Below are positions 23,847 through 35,634 of a stretch of 64,000 nt of DNA, piece after piece. Positions within the stretch are counted from its first letter, which is position 1. Every line of letters starts with the position of its first letter. Below the pieces are notes generated by a model that was given only the letters and a program-made list of their open reading frames with translations, ran no database searches and was not told the origin of the DNA. Location: positions 244,590,001 through 244,654,000 of the forward strand of contig OZ024740.1 in the NCBI GenBank assembly GCA_964016885.1, written 5' to 3'. A program made the position numbers and the translations under genes. This DNA comes from Eledone cirrhosa. Taxonomy: Eukaryota.

Positions 23847-25976
23847 CTATCCGTTAGGGTATAACGTGGGGCTGTAATACAGGAAATTTTTGTGCAATTT
23901 ATGTTTACAAGCCGAAATTGCCTCAGATTTTTTGTTTAAGATGTGGTCTGTAGCGTAGAGTATTTCCAGGGCCTCAGCGGCGCAGAGGTCACATGGTCTT
24001 TTATTTCCGTTATACGATCTAGCCCTAGCTAGGATCTCCCAGTGTAACTTATATTGGGTGTGGTTGTCTTTTAGACTCCAGATATAAGCTGAAAGTGACG
24101 TCATATTCCTTCTTAGAGGGTAACGAAAAGAATGGGTATGCATGTAAAGACGCTGCTTGAAACTATTGGCGGTTAACCCTATGTAGGCCCTACGGGACGT
24201 GGGTGTTACAACCTTACATTTGTAGACAATGTTACTAGAGAGGCATTTCCCGGATAGGGGGCAATCAGCCCGATTCCTACAATTACAGTTAGTACTACCT
24301 ACAGGGTTGCACGTGTTCCTACGGCTAGGTAGTTTAGCTAAATTTGAAGCTGTGATGTTATGTGCAAGGTTAGGAGTCGTAGAGTAAGACATTTTAATAG
24401 TATTTCTATTAAAAATGTTACTATATTTATGTGTAGGGGGAAAATGCTTCGTAATAAGGGAAAGAAAGATCTTAGCTAATGGTGTGGCTACCTCCATATT
24501 ATATGGTGGGTTAAACCAACAAATGCGACGGGATCTATTTCTTCTAGGTCTATTTTCGTACACTGGATATGCTACCTTATCGACAAATCCACTTCGAGCA
24601 AGAGCTTCATTGTAATAAGTGGAATGGTCGTTGAAAATGCGCTCGTTGGTGGAAAGACGGGAAAGCCTCAACGAAACGTTTCTTACCAGGTTCTTGGTTA
24701 TGCTGGCAGGATGGTTGGAATGCTTACTTATGTAATTAAGCGTATCATTCGGCTTTCTATACGGGTAATACAACCCATTCAATAAATTGAGGGTAACGTC
24801 GAGGTAATTAACGACTGAGAGATTGGCCTCAACCTGTATAGAGAGGTTGAAGCCTTTAAAGAAGGCTGTGAGTTCTTTTCTGAACCTGTCGCAAGCACGA
24901 GGTCCGCACTTAGTCATGGTCAAAAGACCATCGTCACGGTACAAACCACCGCCCGCGTTGGGGAATTCGTCCTTGATAGAGAAAAGAAGGAAAAGGCCAA
25001 TAAGATCAGTAACCTCCGCAGAGTCACTGGCGCCCATACTCACGTCGAATGGGGTACTATTGGATTTTTTAATCCAAATAGAGTCGTCGAAATTAATCAC
25101 CGACTTTCGGGCATTAAGGATGACATCAACTTCAAAATCCTTAACCACTGTGAGTGTTTTAGCGAAATTGATAGCTCTAAGGAGAAGTGGTAAAGTGATG
25201 GAGGAGTAGTAATTGTTGATGTCGAATTGGATAAAACGGCAATGTTCCTTGTTACATATGCCGTTGAACCGATCAATCACCGCGAAAGAATTGTTCCACA
25301 GTGCGAGAGGGGCCAAACTTCTAATTTCAGGTATAATTCTATCAAGAATCGTTTTACTAAGTCTACCTAAATCGGACTTCGTAGGGTTAATAAGCCGAAT
25401 AGAGGGGTTGTTCGGAAAATTGGATTTGTGATCCTTCAGGGTAAAGTGGGGAGAGAAAGGATCCAGAGGTTCGGTCCGGTCCAGGATGTTGAGATCAGAT
25501 GTGATTTTAAACCCAGCATCGTTGATTTCATTGATGACGCACCGATTAGTTTTACGGTAATCCTTAGTTACAGCATTATGTAGTAGTTGATGGTAAGTAC
25601 TGCGCTCCACTTGATATAGGTTGCCAGTTTTGTCGGAATGGACGTGCACGGCGTTAGAATCCTTAATAGAACGAATTCTATTCTTCAGGTCTTGCTGGAA
25701 GGAATTGCTCCTATTCCGAAATTTGATATTCCGAATGAGTTCCAAGACATCATTTTCGAAGGGTAGCAATGCTGGGTACCACGGAGGGTTATTATAAGTT
25801 TTAAATCCAATTTTAACCTGTTTGTTGTCTGCTTTTCGCGGATTATCGAAATAAAAGGCACGCCAACGCAACCTTTTAATGAACGCGTCTGTTTTCTGTA
25901 TCAGGAGTTTTAGGTATGTTTTCCTGCTTGGTACGGGTATGTTCTTTGTAGAAATATTCAGATGTTGTTTCTGCAT
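23847..25976 (-). CDS. Naiad-type PLE protein, 709 aa: RT + Cys linker + GIY-YIG endonuclease
   Basis: STKNIPVPS..RLRWRAFYF N-terminus, FIQFDI, DVSMGASD, GLYRDD, WFNPPY, NCNCRNRADCPLSGKCL, IVYKC..YIGLT..FKQR. ATG start, no stops. Confidence 0.93.
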   Translation of the reverse strand: MQKQHLNISTKNIPVPSRKTYLKLLIQKTDAFIKRLRWRAFYFDNPRKADNKQVKIGFKTYNNPPWYPALLPFENDVLELIRNIKFRNRSNSFQQDLKNRIRSIKDSNAVHVHSDKTGNLYQVERSTYHQLLHNAVTKDYRKTNRCVINEINDAGFKITSDLNILDRTEPLDPFSPHFTLKDHKSNFPNNPSIRLINPTKSDLGRLSKTILDRIIPEIRSLAPLALWNNSFAVIDRFNGICNKEHCRFIQFDINNYYSSITLPLLLRAINFAKTLTVVKDFEVDVILNARKSVINFDDSIWIKKSNSTPFDVSMGASDSAEVTDLIGLFLLFSIKDEFPNAGGGLYRDDGLLTMTKCGPRACDRFRKELTAFFKGFNLSIQVEANLSVVNYLDVTLNLLNGLYYPYRKPNDTLNYISKHSNHPASITKNLVRNVSLRLSRLSTNERIFNDHSTYYNEALARSGFVDKVAYPVYENRPRRNRSRRICWFNPPYNMEVATPLAKIFLSLITKHFPPTHKYSNIFNRNTIKMSYSTTPNLAHNITASNLAKLPSRRNTCNPVGSTNCNCRNRADCPLSGKCLSSNIVYKCKVVTPTSRRAYIGLTANSFKQRLYMHTHSFRYPLRRNMTSLSAYIWSLKDNHTQYKLHWEILARARSYNGNKRPCDLCAAEALEILYATDHILNKKSEAISACKHKLHKNFLYYSPTLYPNG

Positions 25977-26129
25977 GATGAATATAAGTCAGTAGAGTGC
26001 TCAACCGAAGGAGCCAAATAGTAATAATAATAAAATTGAAGACTAAAATCCAAAGAGGGCTCGATAAGGTAAATATATATCAAATATATAAGAACCGTAG
26101 AGCAAATATTTATTAAAATAACAGATTAA

Positions 26130-26180
26130 AGTTTAAGCAAAGAATCGCTGCTTTCACCCTTAACGGGATCTTCTGAAACT
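26130..26180 (-). ncRNA. Type I hammerhead ribozyme, CAGAAGA core variant (upstream pLTR)
   Basis: Identical to 22834-22884. Confidence 0.75.
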
Positions 26181-26841
26181 AACAAAGTCAATCTGTAAAC
26201 GCAGAACTGGATATTTCAAAAAACGTTGCAACCGGAGGAAGACAGGAAGACGATACTTTGGTTCGTGGTAACGTTCGCTGGCAAAGAACGGGAAAAAACG
26301 AATAATACGTCATTAATAGAAGCGGTGAAAAACAATTACGTGCAAAGACAAAACCACGTTTATGGTATAAAAGAGGTCGTAGACTAATGTTCTCTTAGGT
26401 GGCGCATAGAGACGTTCTCTGGCAATGAACGAAAAAACGAAGATAATAAGTCATATGTGGAGCGTGGAGAACAATAGCACGCAAAGACAAAACCACGTAA
26501 ATGGTATAGCAGAAATCGTAGACTAAAATTCTAACTAGGAGATCAAATGAATCTCCGCTACAGAGTTAAGAACAAAGTAAATAAATACAATACAGAAGTA
26601 ATAGGAACAAATAAATACATACGCGCAAACAGATACGTACATACACAAGCATACGCAAAACATTACCATGGGTATACAAAATCACGCACATATAAATATG
26701 TGTGTGTGTGTATGCTTGTGTACAAATAAATAAATAATTATATAAACGTATATAAGTAAATAAATACGTATATAACTAGCACACATGCATACCTACATAT
26801 AAATACACGAATGTTCGGAGACGTAAGTCAACTAAAACAAG

Positions 26842-26872
<31 letters not shown>

Positions 26873-27086
26873 GAATGCCATGGTTGACGGAGGCTCGGCT
26901 CTGTAAGGTATAGTAATTTTTAACCGTTAAAACAATTGTAAATTGTTTAAAACTTGAACCAAATTGTTGATAAAGACACCCTCCTCCTCGTGAGAGGGGT
27001 CTTTCTGTCCGTTATTTGGCCCTTCGGGGTTAAATATCCAGTTATTGGGGTTTTGTACCCAATATTCATTTTAAACAAAAAACAAC

Positions 27087-29195
27087 ATGGCTACGAAAAT
27101 GAAATTTCATACGTCACTCCCACTCATTCCGTCTTCTTCTTCCTCAATCATCACTACAGCAGAGAGAAGATTGTCTCTCTCCCTCCCTTCTTTAAATGTG
27201 TCTCTCTCCCTCCCTTCTCTTTCGCAAGTGACGAAAGAAAAGAAAAGTCTCGTGCAAAGCGTGCAAGATTTCTCCACGACGACGACGACAGCGACGAAAC
27301 AGGTGTGCGGGAAACACGAAAACCCAGTTCATTCGTCTGACGTCAGGAATAATAACAGTAGCAGCCGTAATAACAACAGCAACAGTGACAATGAAAACAA
27401 CAGTAGCAGCCGCAACAGCATCACCAGCAGCATAAACAACAACAACAGCATTAGCAGCAGCAACACCAACAACAACCACAGCAACAGCGGCGGAGGCAGT
27501 AGTCGTAGTACCTGCAGCAACAACAAAAGTACCAGCAGCTCTGACGACAACAACAACAGCAGCAGCAGAGAAAAACCAATCTCATTTGCAGGTATTGCGA
27601 AAAACTTGGAAACAATCCTCATAACAAATGAGGAATTAGAGGAAGCGAAGAAGATGGTGACAAAGAATGGACACCGAGCAATCTGCAAGGCAGCGGAAAA
27701 ATTTTTCGAAACCCAAGAGCACTGTACGGTCACGTACCGTACAGTAAGTACAAAATCCCGTAGGGTGGAAAGAGCCACAGAGGCCCAAATACAAAAAGCC
27801 TTGGGGTCTGTGTGGCAGCGGAAAACGCACATCACCCGAGGCAAAAAATATGCCACCGTAGACGTACTTTTTGCCACACCCCAGGAGGCAAAGGCCCAAT
27901 CAGTAGTGACCCTAAGGAGCGAGGAAATGGTGTTGGTGCCCTCCTACTGCGGGCAAAAAATTGTGAGGGTCAAACTGACCCACGTCCCCTCCCCCGGAAT
28001 GGCCCCTTCTTGGCTGGCCGCGTCTGTCCTCGTCGGAATCGAGGACAAAACAACTGTACTGCAAGTACAGAAAAAAGTAAGAGAAGATCGGGTAGGCACC
28101 TCCATTGAGATGCTAATCCAAACCAACCAGGAGTGCATCGAAGCTATCCCGGATGTGATAGACTTCGATAACGGCACTCAACTGCCCATAAGTGTTGAGA
28201 GCAAACGCCCGAAATGCTTTCGCTGTGGATCGAAGACTCACCTCAGGGCCTTCTGCAACGAGAAGACCCCGAGAAAGGAGAAAACCCCCCTCCTTCCGAA
28301 TCCGGCTCCACGGCTACCAGCAACAGGACAAGCGGCAACCAGGAACGATAGGTCTGTGGCACCCATACCCACTCCACGGAAATCAAAAACAGCAGCAGCA
28401 GTGGAAATATTAACAACAACAACAGCAATACCAAATGCAGCTGCAACAGAGACTCCAGTGCAAACATCACCAACAACAACAAGTGAAAGAGTGGAGCTGG
28501 TACCCCTCCCCGACCTCACAGAATCAGACATGGAGTGTGAGGTGGGAGAGGGATGGCAAAAGGTCGTAAGAAGGCACAAACGCAGAAGCAGCGCATCGTC
28601 GCTTTTGAAAAGGGAGGAAAGAAATGAGAAAAGGGTAAAGTCTACTGCAAAGAGACCCACAGCAGCAACACCACCAACACCATCACCACCCACACTAGCA
28701 CCACCATCACCACCGGCGACAACCCCACCGCCAACAACAACTTCAACACCACCACCACAAGCACCAACATCGCAAACACAACAACAAAACACACACACCC
28801 AGCAACAACGACAAGAAAATAGCAGAACCACACCCCACCCCCAGAAAAACAAATGCACGGCAATAAATACACACAACAAGAAACTAATGACTTACATAAT
28901 TGAACACACAGACATTTCACAACAGGACTACATAATACCAGCACCAATCAAAACGCCAACTAACATAAGACTGCTAAAAATAGCACAGAAACAATACACA
29001 AACATTAAAACGAAATTCCCCAACGCAGTTGGTGATTTCAGGGACCTAGGAGGAACCATCAATCGAAGAGTATATTCAGATATTCTCTTAGAAGAGCCGA
29101 CGACCAGCCGAAGGGACGATTCAACGGTCCCTTCACCAGACGATCAAGTGAAAAGGGATGTAAAAACCATCCCTCCCCTACCAAAAGTACGGTAA
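27087..29195 (+). CDS. Tx1-type ORF1 protein (702 aa) with CCHC zinc knuckle and low-complexity tracts
   Basis: CFRCGSKTHLRAFC knuckle; Asn/Ser-rich and Pro/Thr-rich tracts; directly upstream of ORF2. Confidence 0.88.
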   Translation: MATKMKFHTSLPLIPSSSSSIITTAERRLSLSLPSLNVSLSLPSLSQVTKEKKSLVQSVQDFSTTTTTATKQVCGKHENPVHSSDVRNNNSSSRNNNSNSDNENNSSSRNSITSSINNNNSISSSNTNNNHSNSGGGSSRSTCSNNKSTSSSDDNNNSSSREKPISFAGIAKNLETILITNEELEEAKKMVTKNGHRAICKAAEKFFETQEHCTVTYRTVSTKSRRVERATEAQIQKALGSVWQRKTHITRGKKYATVDVLFATPQEAKAQSVVTLRSEEMVLVPSYCGQKIVRVKLTHVPSPGMAPSWLAASVLVGIEDKTTVLQVQKKVREDRVGTSIEMLIQTNQECIEAIPDVIDFDNGTQLPISVESKRPKCFRCGSKTHLRAFCNEKTPRKEKTPLLPNPAPRLPATGQAATRNDRSVAPIPTPRKSKTAAAVEILTTTTAIPNAAATETPVQTSPTTTSERVELVPLPDLTESDMECEVGEGWQKVVRRHKRRSSASSLLKREERNEKRVKSTAKRPTAATPPTPSPPTLAPPSPPATTPPPTTTSTPPPQAPTSQTQQQNTHTQQQRQENSRTTPHPQKNKCTAINTHNKKLMTYIIEHTDISQQDYIIPAPIKTPTNIRLLKIAQKQYTNIKTKFPNAVGDFRDLGGTINRRVYSDILLEEPTTSRRDDSTVPSPDDQVKRDVKTIPPLPKVR

Positions 29196-29230
29196 GTGGT
29201 CTTTCCCATCTTTTCCACTCTATTTTAAAC

Positions 29231-32200
29231 ATGACCTCACTCAGAATAGGCAGCATAAATGCGCGTGGCTTGGGGTCGTCATGGAAGCAGGGTCACCTGC
29301 TCAACGACCTCAGGTCACTAAACATAGATGTAGTGGCCATCAGCGAGACCAGAATCTCCGAAGCACGGGCCTTCGCACCGATCTTCGGCGGCTACGATGT
29401 GTACGCATCTCCCAGCCGTCCTGGATCGGGTGGAGGAGTTGCTGTGCTTTTTCGGAGAGGTTTGGATCTCGCCATACGGGCCATCTTTCTGGACCCAGAG
29501 GGTAAGCTGGTGGTGCTGGACGTGACCAGCGGAGACGGGCAAGCTTTCAGGCTAGTGGCCGTCTATGCCCCGACAGGAGCAGGGCGGCCTGATTTCTTCC
29601 GGCGTCTGGAGACCTTTCTTGGAACGTCCCGCTCTTTAGTGTTAGTGGGCGACTGGAACGGGATCTTAGATGTACGCTGGGACTGTGTGGGATTAACGGA
29701 TATGGGTGGAGGGTGCAAGAGCCTCACCAACCTGCTCAGGCGTTTTGAACTGTCTGACAGGTACCGATTGGATTTCCCGAATGTGCCAATGTGGACTTGG
29801 ACAAATCGCATAGGGTCATCCAGATCATTTGTAGGGAAATAGATAGGTCTAGCATAGGCTGTCCACAATTCAAGATAGTCAGCTACACGGACCACAAATT
29901 CGTGATCTGTGTGCTTGACTTAGATAGGCTTCATAGACGAGGACCCGGCTACTGGAAGCTAAACGCGTCCTTACCAGCGCGCAAGGCCTACAGAGACCGG
30001 ATTAGCGAACTAGTTAAGCAGGCGTTGACGGGGGCCATCGTCAACAACAAGTGGTGGTTTGCTCTGAAAAGAGCGATTATAATAGAATCGATTAGGTTTA
30101 GTAAGGCTTTAGCAATAGAGAAAAATAGAGCAGAGGGAGAACTAGTTATAAAATTAGACGAGGCGCTTAGCAAAAGCATTGCGACCGACGTGCTTGCGGC
30201 GAAATTGGCCCTTGACCAATTCTTCAATGCAAAGCACGAAAGCTGCGTTGTCAGAGCAAGGGTGCGTGCTCTCAGACACGAGGGGACGAAAGCCGTTCAA
30301 TGGGCCCGAGTGGCGGAGGCGCGTCGTGGCAACAAAGCCACGATCCGGTCTTTGGTGGACCAAGACGGGCGCATGCTACTCGATCCCGGGCAAATGTGTG
30401 AAGCTTTTCAGCGACACTTCGCTCAGCTGTTAGGGGGCAGCGGTGGGCCGGGTAGAGGGATGGACTTTAGTGTCTACCTCGACGGACTGCCGCGGCTCTC
30501 GGCCACTGAGGCGAAGTGTTGCGAAAAGCCGATAACAGCCGCTGAAGTAAGGGAGGCAATGACTGGCTGCACAAAGGGTAAATCGCCTGGTTTGGATGGT
30601 CTGCCCTATGAACTTTACGTACAGATGCCAGACTTGTTCGGAGGCCTCTTGGCGGACGTCTACTGCAACTGGCAACAGAACGGGAGAATTCCCAGTTCTG
30701 TGAGCCGAGGAGCGGTGGCACTGCTGAGAAAGGATCCGAACAAGGGGGATAACATAGATAATTTCCGGCCCATAACTCTGCTAAACACAGAGTTCAAGAT
30801 TTTGGCCAAGGTGCTAGCAAAGAGGTTGGCGCTTGTCGTTGGTGGTCTGGTGGGAGAGGCGCAGACATGCGCCATTCCCGACAGATCCATCCACGACAAC
30901 CTCCACCTCATGCGATACATCATAGAGAGGGTAGCTAAGGAACCTTGCACGGGTGGGTGCTTGATCAATTTAGATCAGTCGAAAGCTTTCGATAGGGTCG
31001 ACCATCGTTACCTAGCGGCAGTCCTGAGGGCGGCAGACTTTGGGCCCGTCTTCAGAGGCTGGATCGCTGCCATGCACAGCGACATCTGCTCTGTAGTGAG
31101 AGTGAACGGTCACCTGTCGGAACCGTTCAACATCATGCGCTCGGTCCGCCAAGGATGTCCCCTCTCGTCCCTCTTGTACGTATTGCCTCTCGAGCCATTA
31201 CTGCACAAACTGGAGACGTTGAGGGGAGTCCCGCACGAACTAGGATGCGGAAGATCCGTGTCAGCATATGCGGACGATGTCACCGTAGTGGTGTCGAACG
31301 CCAAACACATCGAGGCGATCGGCACTACACTAAGAGAATACGAAGCGGTGACAGGAGCAATGATCAACCAGGAAAAGTCAGTGGGCCTGCAGCTCGGCAC
31401 CTGGAGAGGCAGGTCCATGCCGTCCAACAGCGTCGTCGGACGCTGGACGGACGGACCGGTTAAATTGCTAGGGGTCTGGTTCGGTCCGGACCTCCAGCCG
31501 GACAAAAACTGGGACGAGGTGACGAGCAGGGTGGCTTCTCTCACCCAGAAATGGGCAGAGAAGAAGCTATCCCTGAAAGGTCGAGCGGAGGTGGCTAACG
31601 CGTACATCGCGTCTGTCATCTGCTACCGCCTGACTGTCGTACCTTGTCCTAAGCCTCGCCTGACTGCGCTGGAGCGTTTGCTCTTTCGCTTTTTGTGGAA
31701 GGGACGTGCTCCGATGGTCAGGCGGTCCATCTGTTGTCAACACCCGCTACGTGGAGGGCTGGGCATGCCGTGGCTGATGATGCGCAGGCACGCGCTCAGG
31801 CTACGACATCTCCACCTTTTCCTCGACGGTGATCAGGTGTGGTCGCCGTTTGCTAGACACGTATTTCCCCAGCTCGTTTCCTTGACGGAGCTGCAGTCCT
31901 GGGTCAAGCGAAGACCGAGAGGGAGCGCCTGGAGACTGGAATGTTTTCAGGCGCTCACAGCCCTCGACCAATCGGGCAATGTGATCGGTGGAAACTCCAC
32001 CTCGGCGTTCTATAGAGGATTAGTGGAGGGGAAGAGCGACGACGTACTTGGGGAAACTCTAGGCGTCGACGAAAATCAACTAGCCAATCTCTTCGGAAGA
32101 ACTTTCGGGCCAGGGCCTATGGACAACTTCCAGAAATCCCTGGCCTGGCAGTGCTACCGAGGAGCTTTGCCAGTTCGGGATAAACTCTACAGGCATGGAG

Positions 32201-32634
32201 GTGCCGTCAGCCGGGCATGTCCGAGATGCGCGCAGAGCGACGAAACCGTCCTGCACGCACTCGTCCAGTGTCCGAAAATTGCTGACTTGTGGGTTTATGT
32301 CGAACACCTGCTGTCGCGTTTAGGACGGATCCGGCTATCATCTGAGTCCATCGTGAGGATTGCCCCGCCCTCCTCCTTTAGCCGGGAAGGGCAGGCAGTT
32401 TTTATCTGTCTGGTGGCCATGGCGAAAGAGATAGTATGGTGGACACGTTTGAAAGGGCTGAAGACGAGCACTTACCTCTTCGGTGATGCTCTGATTGCCT
32501 TTTTCAAATTTCATTTGAAAAGGAAAATCAGAGTAGAGAGGGAAGTGCTCTCTTCCCAGCATTTTGTTGAAAGATGGGTGAGAGAAGCAAGAATGGCCCG
32601 AGTGAATGGGCCTACTCTGAGTATATATCTGTAA
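29231..32634 (+). pseudogene. Tx1-type ORF2 (APE + RT + CCHC), frameshifted once at ~29827
   Basis: SINARGL, VGDWN, TDHK, KSPGLDGL, DQSKAFD, RQGCPLS, YADD, CPRC..ETVLHALVQC. A 16-bp deletion relative to copy 2 removes YLDRV. Confidence 0.92.
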
Positions 32635-32882
32635 ATTAAAGGTGGAAAACTGGGAGAGGGCACTTGCCTTGGTGGTCAGGGTCATTGTGGCTTTTTACTG
32701 GGCTTTCTCCACAAATGTCCCTCCGAAGTCTCCCCCCTATTGGGGAATTTTTCATTGTTATTTTTTGTTACATCCTCTGTTTTTGTTTTTTACACGCAGA
32801 AATGCCCATTTGTACCGTCCTGCATTGTCCTGCACTGTCCTTAATGTCTACTTTATGTAAACCCTTGTGGTTAATAAAGAAA

Positions 32883-32917
<35 letters not shown>

Positions 32918-32922
32918 ATTAA

Positions 32923-33027
<105 letters not shown>

Positions 33028-33181
33028 ATTGATTCTTTTTGAATTTGCCACGGACGTAGAGGCAGTGATTTTCTCAATGGCTTGGAATCCAGTCCACGCA
33101 TCGCTATTTCCATTCCACTGAATTATTTTTTTAATAAGTTTCCAGTGTCCTCGCTATGCCTGGAGACCTATACGGAAAAAG

Positions 33182-33264
33182 ACTTTCCTGATGACGGAAT
33201 GATTTTCGATAAGTTTCTTCGGAAAATATATTTACTCCATTCCAGAAACTAATTAGTTGGAAGT
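33182..33264 (+). ncRNA. Type I hammerhead ribozyme with canonical CUGAUGA/GAAA core
   Basis: ACTTTC-CTGATGA-C-GGAATG...CATTCC-A-GAAA-CTAATTAG-T-T-GGAAGT. Stem III is the palindrome ACTAATTAGT. Confidence 0.8.
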
Positions 33265-33706
33265 GATTTTTTAGTAAGTAAGTTAATTTTATAATTTTCT
33301 TATTTTACGTCTCTCATATTATTGTTCTGCAACCCCATGCATTAAACCACATTGTTAATAAGACAAAACCTATATATTTTCTAGCATTGATATGCATCTG
33401 TGTGTATATAAATGTTACTAGATATAAATTCTTTATAATTATCTCCAATTCATTTGTCGAGCAATATTTGGCCATGACTGCTACTATGGTAGTAAGCTGG
33501 CCGCTGTCTTAATAACCACTCGCTTTCCACTGATTGACCTCGATGTCACGTGATTGATTCTTTTTGAATTTGCCACGGACGTAGAGGCAGGGATTTTCTC
33601 AATGGCTTGGAATCCAGTCCACGCATCGCTATTTCCATTCCACTGAATTATTTTTTTAATAAGTTTCCAGTGTCCTCGCTATGCCTGGAGACCTATACGG
33701 AAAAAG

Positions 33707-33789
33707 ACTTTCCTGATGACGGAATGATTTTCGATAAGTTTCTTCGGAAAATATATTTACTCCATTCCAGAAAATAATTAGTTGGAAGT
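33707..33789 (+). ncRNA. Second hammerhead copy (one C>A change in stem III)
   Basis: Same motif 525 bp downstream, reading GAAAATAATTAGTT. Confidence 0.7.
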
Positions 33790-33955
33790 GATTTTTTAGT
33801 AAGTAAGTTAATTTTATAATTTTCTTATTTTACGTCTCTCATATTATTGTTCTGCAACCCCATGCATTGAACCACATTGTTAATAAGACAAAACCTATAT
33901 ATTTGCTAGCATTGATATGCATCTGTGTGTATATAAATGTTACTAGATATAAATT

Positions 33956-33993
<38 letters not shown>

Positions 33994-34403
33994 ATAGACT
34001 GCGGTACTGGGATTCGGAAGACCACAAATAAAAGAAATCCTTGATACATGGTATGATGCAGAGTGGATATATTAGTAAAAGTAGAGAATCTACCGCGGTA
34101 TCGACTCGTTATCTCCAGCTTCATCAGTTGGAATTAAATGAAGTCCGACCCGTAATTATCCAGATTAAGTATACTTGTCTCAAAAAAATTCATATGATTT
34201 AAAACGTTCGTGAAACGTCAAAAAAATGTAAGCCTTCTACATTTTAATGCAGTACTATAGTGCAAAATGCTCAATAAACACAGCTGTGGCTCTGTTCGGG
34301 GCTACCGACATATTGTTTTTCAAAATACACCAAAAAATGTATTTCACGACAGGAATCCACTAATGTGCTCATTAGATTCTTCTACGCTAAACATCAGTTG
34401 TAT

Positions 34404-34437
<34 letters not shown>

Positions 34438-34621
34438 CCACACAGCCACACACACACAGCCACACACACACACACACACGCACGCACGCACGCACGCGCG
34501 CACACACACACACACACACACATACATACACACACTTTTACACGCACACTCACACACACACACACACACATACATACACATATACATACACACAGATTCG
34601 TATATATATATATATATATAT

Positions 34622-35459
34622 ACTAGCAGAATGGCCTGGCGTTGCTCAGGATTTGCTCTAGGGTTCTTATATATTTGATATATATTTATCCTTATCGAGC
34701 CTCGTGAAATAAATACGTTTGTTTATATTTTGTTTTTGTGTATGCAAAAATATCTGTCCATGAATATATAATTATATATATATATATATTAAAATAACAG
34801 ATAAAAAGTGTAAGCAAAGAATCACTGCTTTCACACTTAACGGGATCTTCTAAAACTAAAAAAATCAATCTGTGAACGCAGAAAATGAATCGCTGCTTTC
34901 ACCCTTAACGGGATATACTACCTAAAAGCAGTATGAAGTACATACACTAAGACTAACGATGTAATCTTTGGCCTTGTTTGTTTATATTTTGTTTTTGTGT
35001 ATGCAAAAATATCTGTACACGAATATCTATATTAAAATAACATATTAATGTTTAAGCAAACAATCGCTGCTTTCAACCTTAACGGGATCTTCTTAAACTA
35101 AAAAATCAATCTGGAAAACAGGAAGACGATACTTTGGTTCGTGAAGACGTTCCCTGGCATAAGAATATATATACACACACACACTGATCGCATCATAATG
35201 ACGTAATGCAGACAGTCAGGCATACAGACAGATATTATGAAGGCGCGACATCATATCTATGTATCTATCTAAAATGAGAAAGACTAAGAGAAAGAGAAAG
35301 AGATCGCTAAATTGCCTAATGCGGTCCCTAGGGCATTGAAAATTTGAAATTTCTTGCTCAAAACAGTTCCGGGGCCATACCGGTTACATATGTAAAGTTT
35401 GAAAAAAAAAGGGTTGTGTACTTCTCGAGTTTTAGGGAAACAGACAGACAGACATCCTC

Positions 35460-35470
<11 letters not shown>
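34622..35470 (-). mobile_element. Non-autonomous Helitron-like element carrying PLE pLTR fragments
   Basis: Minus strand ends in hairpin CCTGAGC-AAC-GCCAGG then CTAGT. The other end has (ACAG)n then TTTTATATA, as in Lep1-like Helitrons. Confidence 0.55.
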
Positions 35471-35519
<49 letters not shown>

Positions 35520-35634
35520 AAAGTTATATTTAACAACTAGTAAATATTTATAACTGATATAAAAGCACTCGACAAATATTTGGAGTATATTTACAATATT
35601 AAATAAAAGGAAACTATATTTATAAAACCATATT

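Larger units (their letters stand above)
22811..26846 (-). mobile_element. Apparently full-length Naiad-type Penelope-like element with direct pseudo-LTRs (26107-26846 and 22811-23584)
   Basis: ~740-bp direct repeats (about ten substitutions plus one short indel) flank an intact ORF. The 3' end abuts (TA)n. Confidence 0.92.
26873..32886 (+). mobile_element. Near full-length L1/Tx1-clade LINE (copy 1) between (ATT)n tracts
   Basis: ORF1 + ORF2; 3' end AATAAAGAAATC(ATT)n; 5' flank (TAT)n at 26846-26872. Confidence 0.92.
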
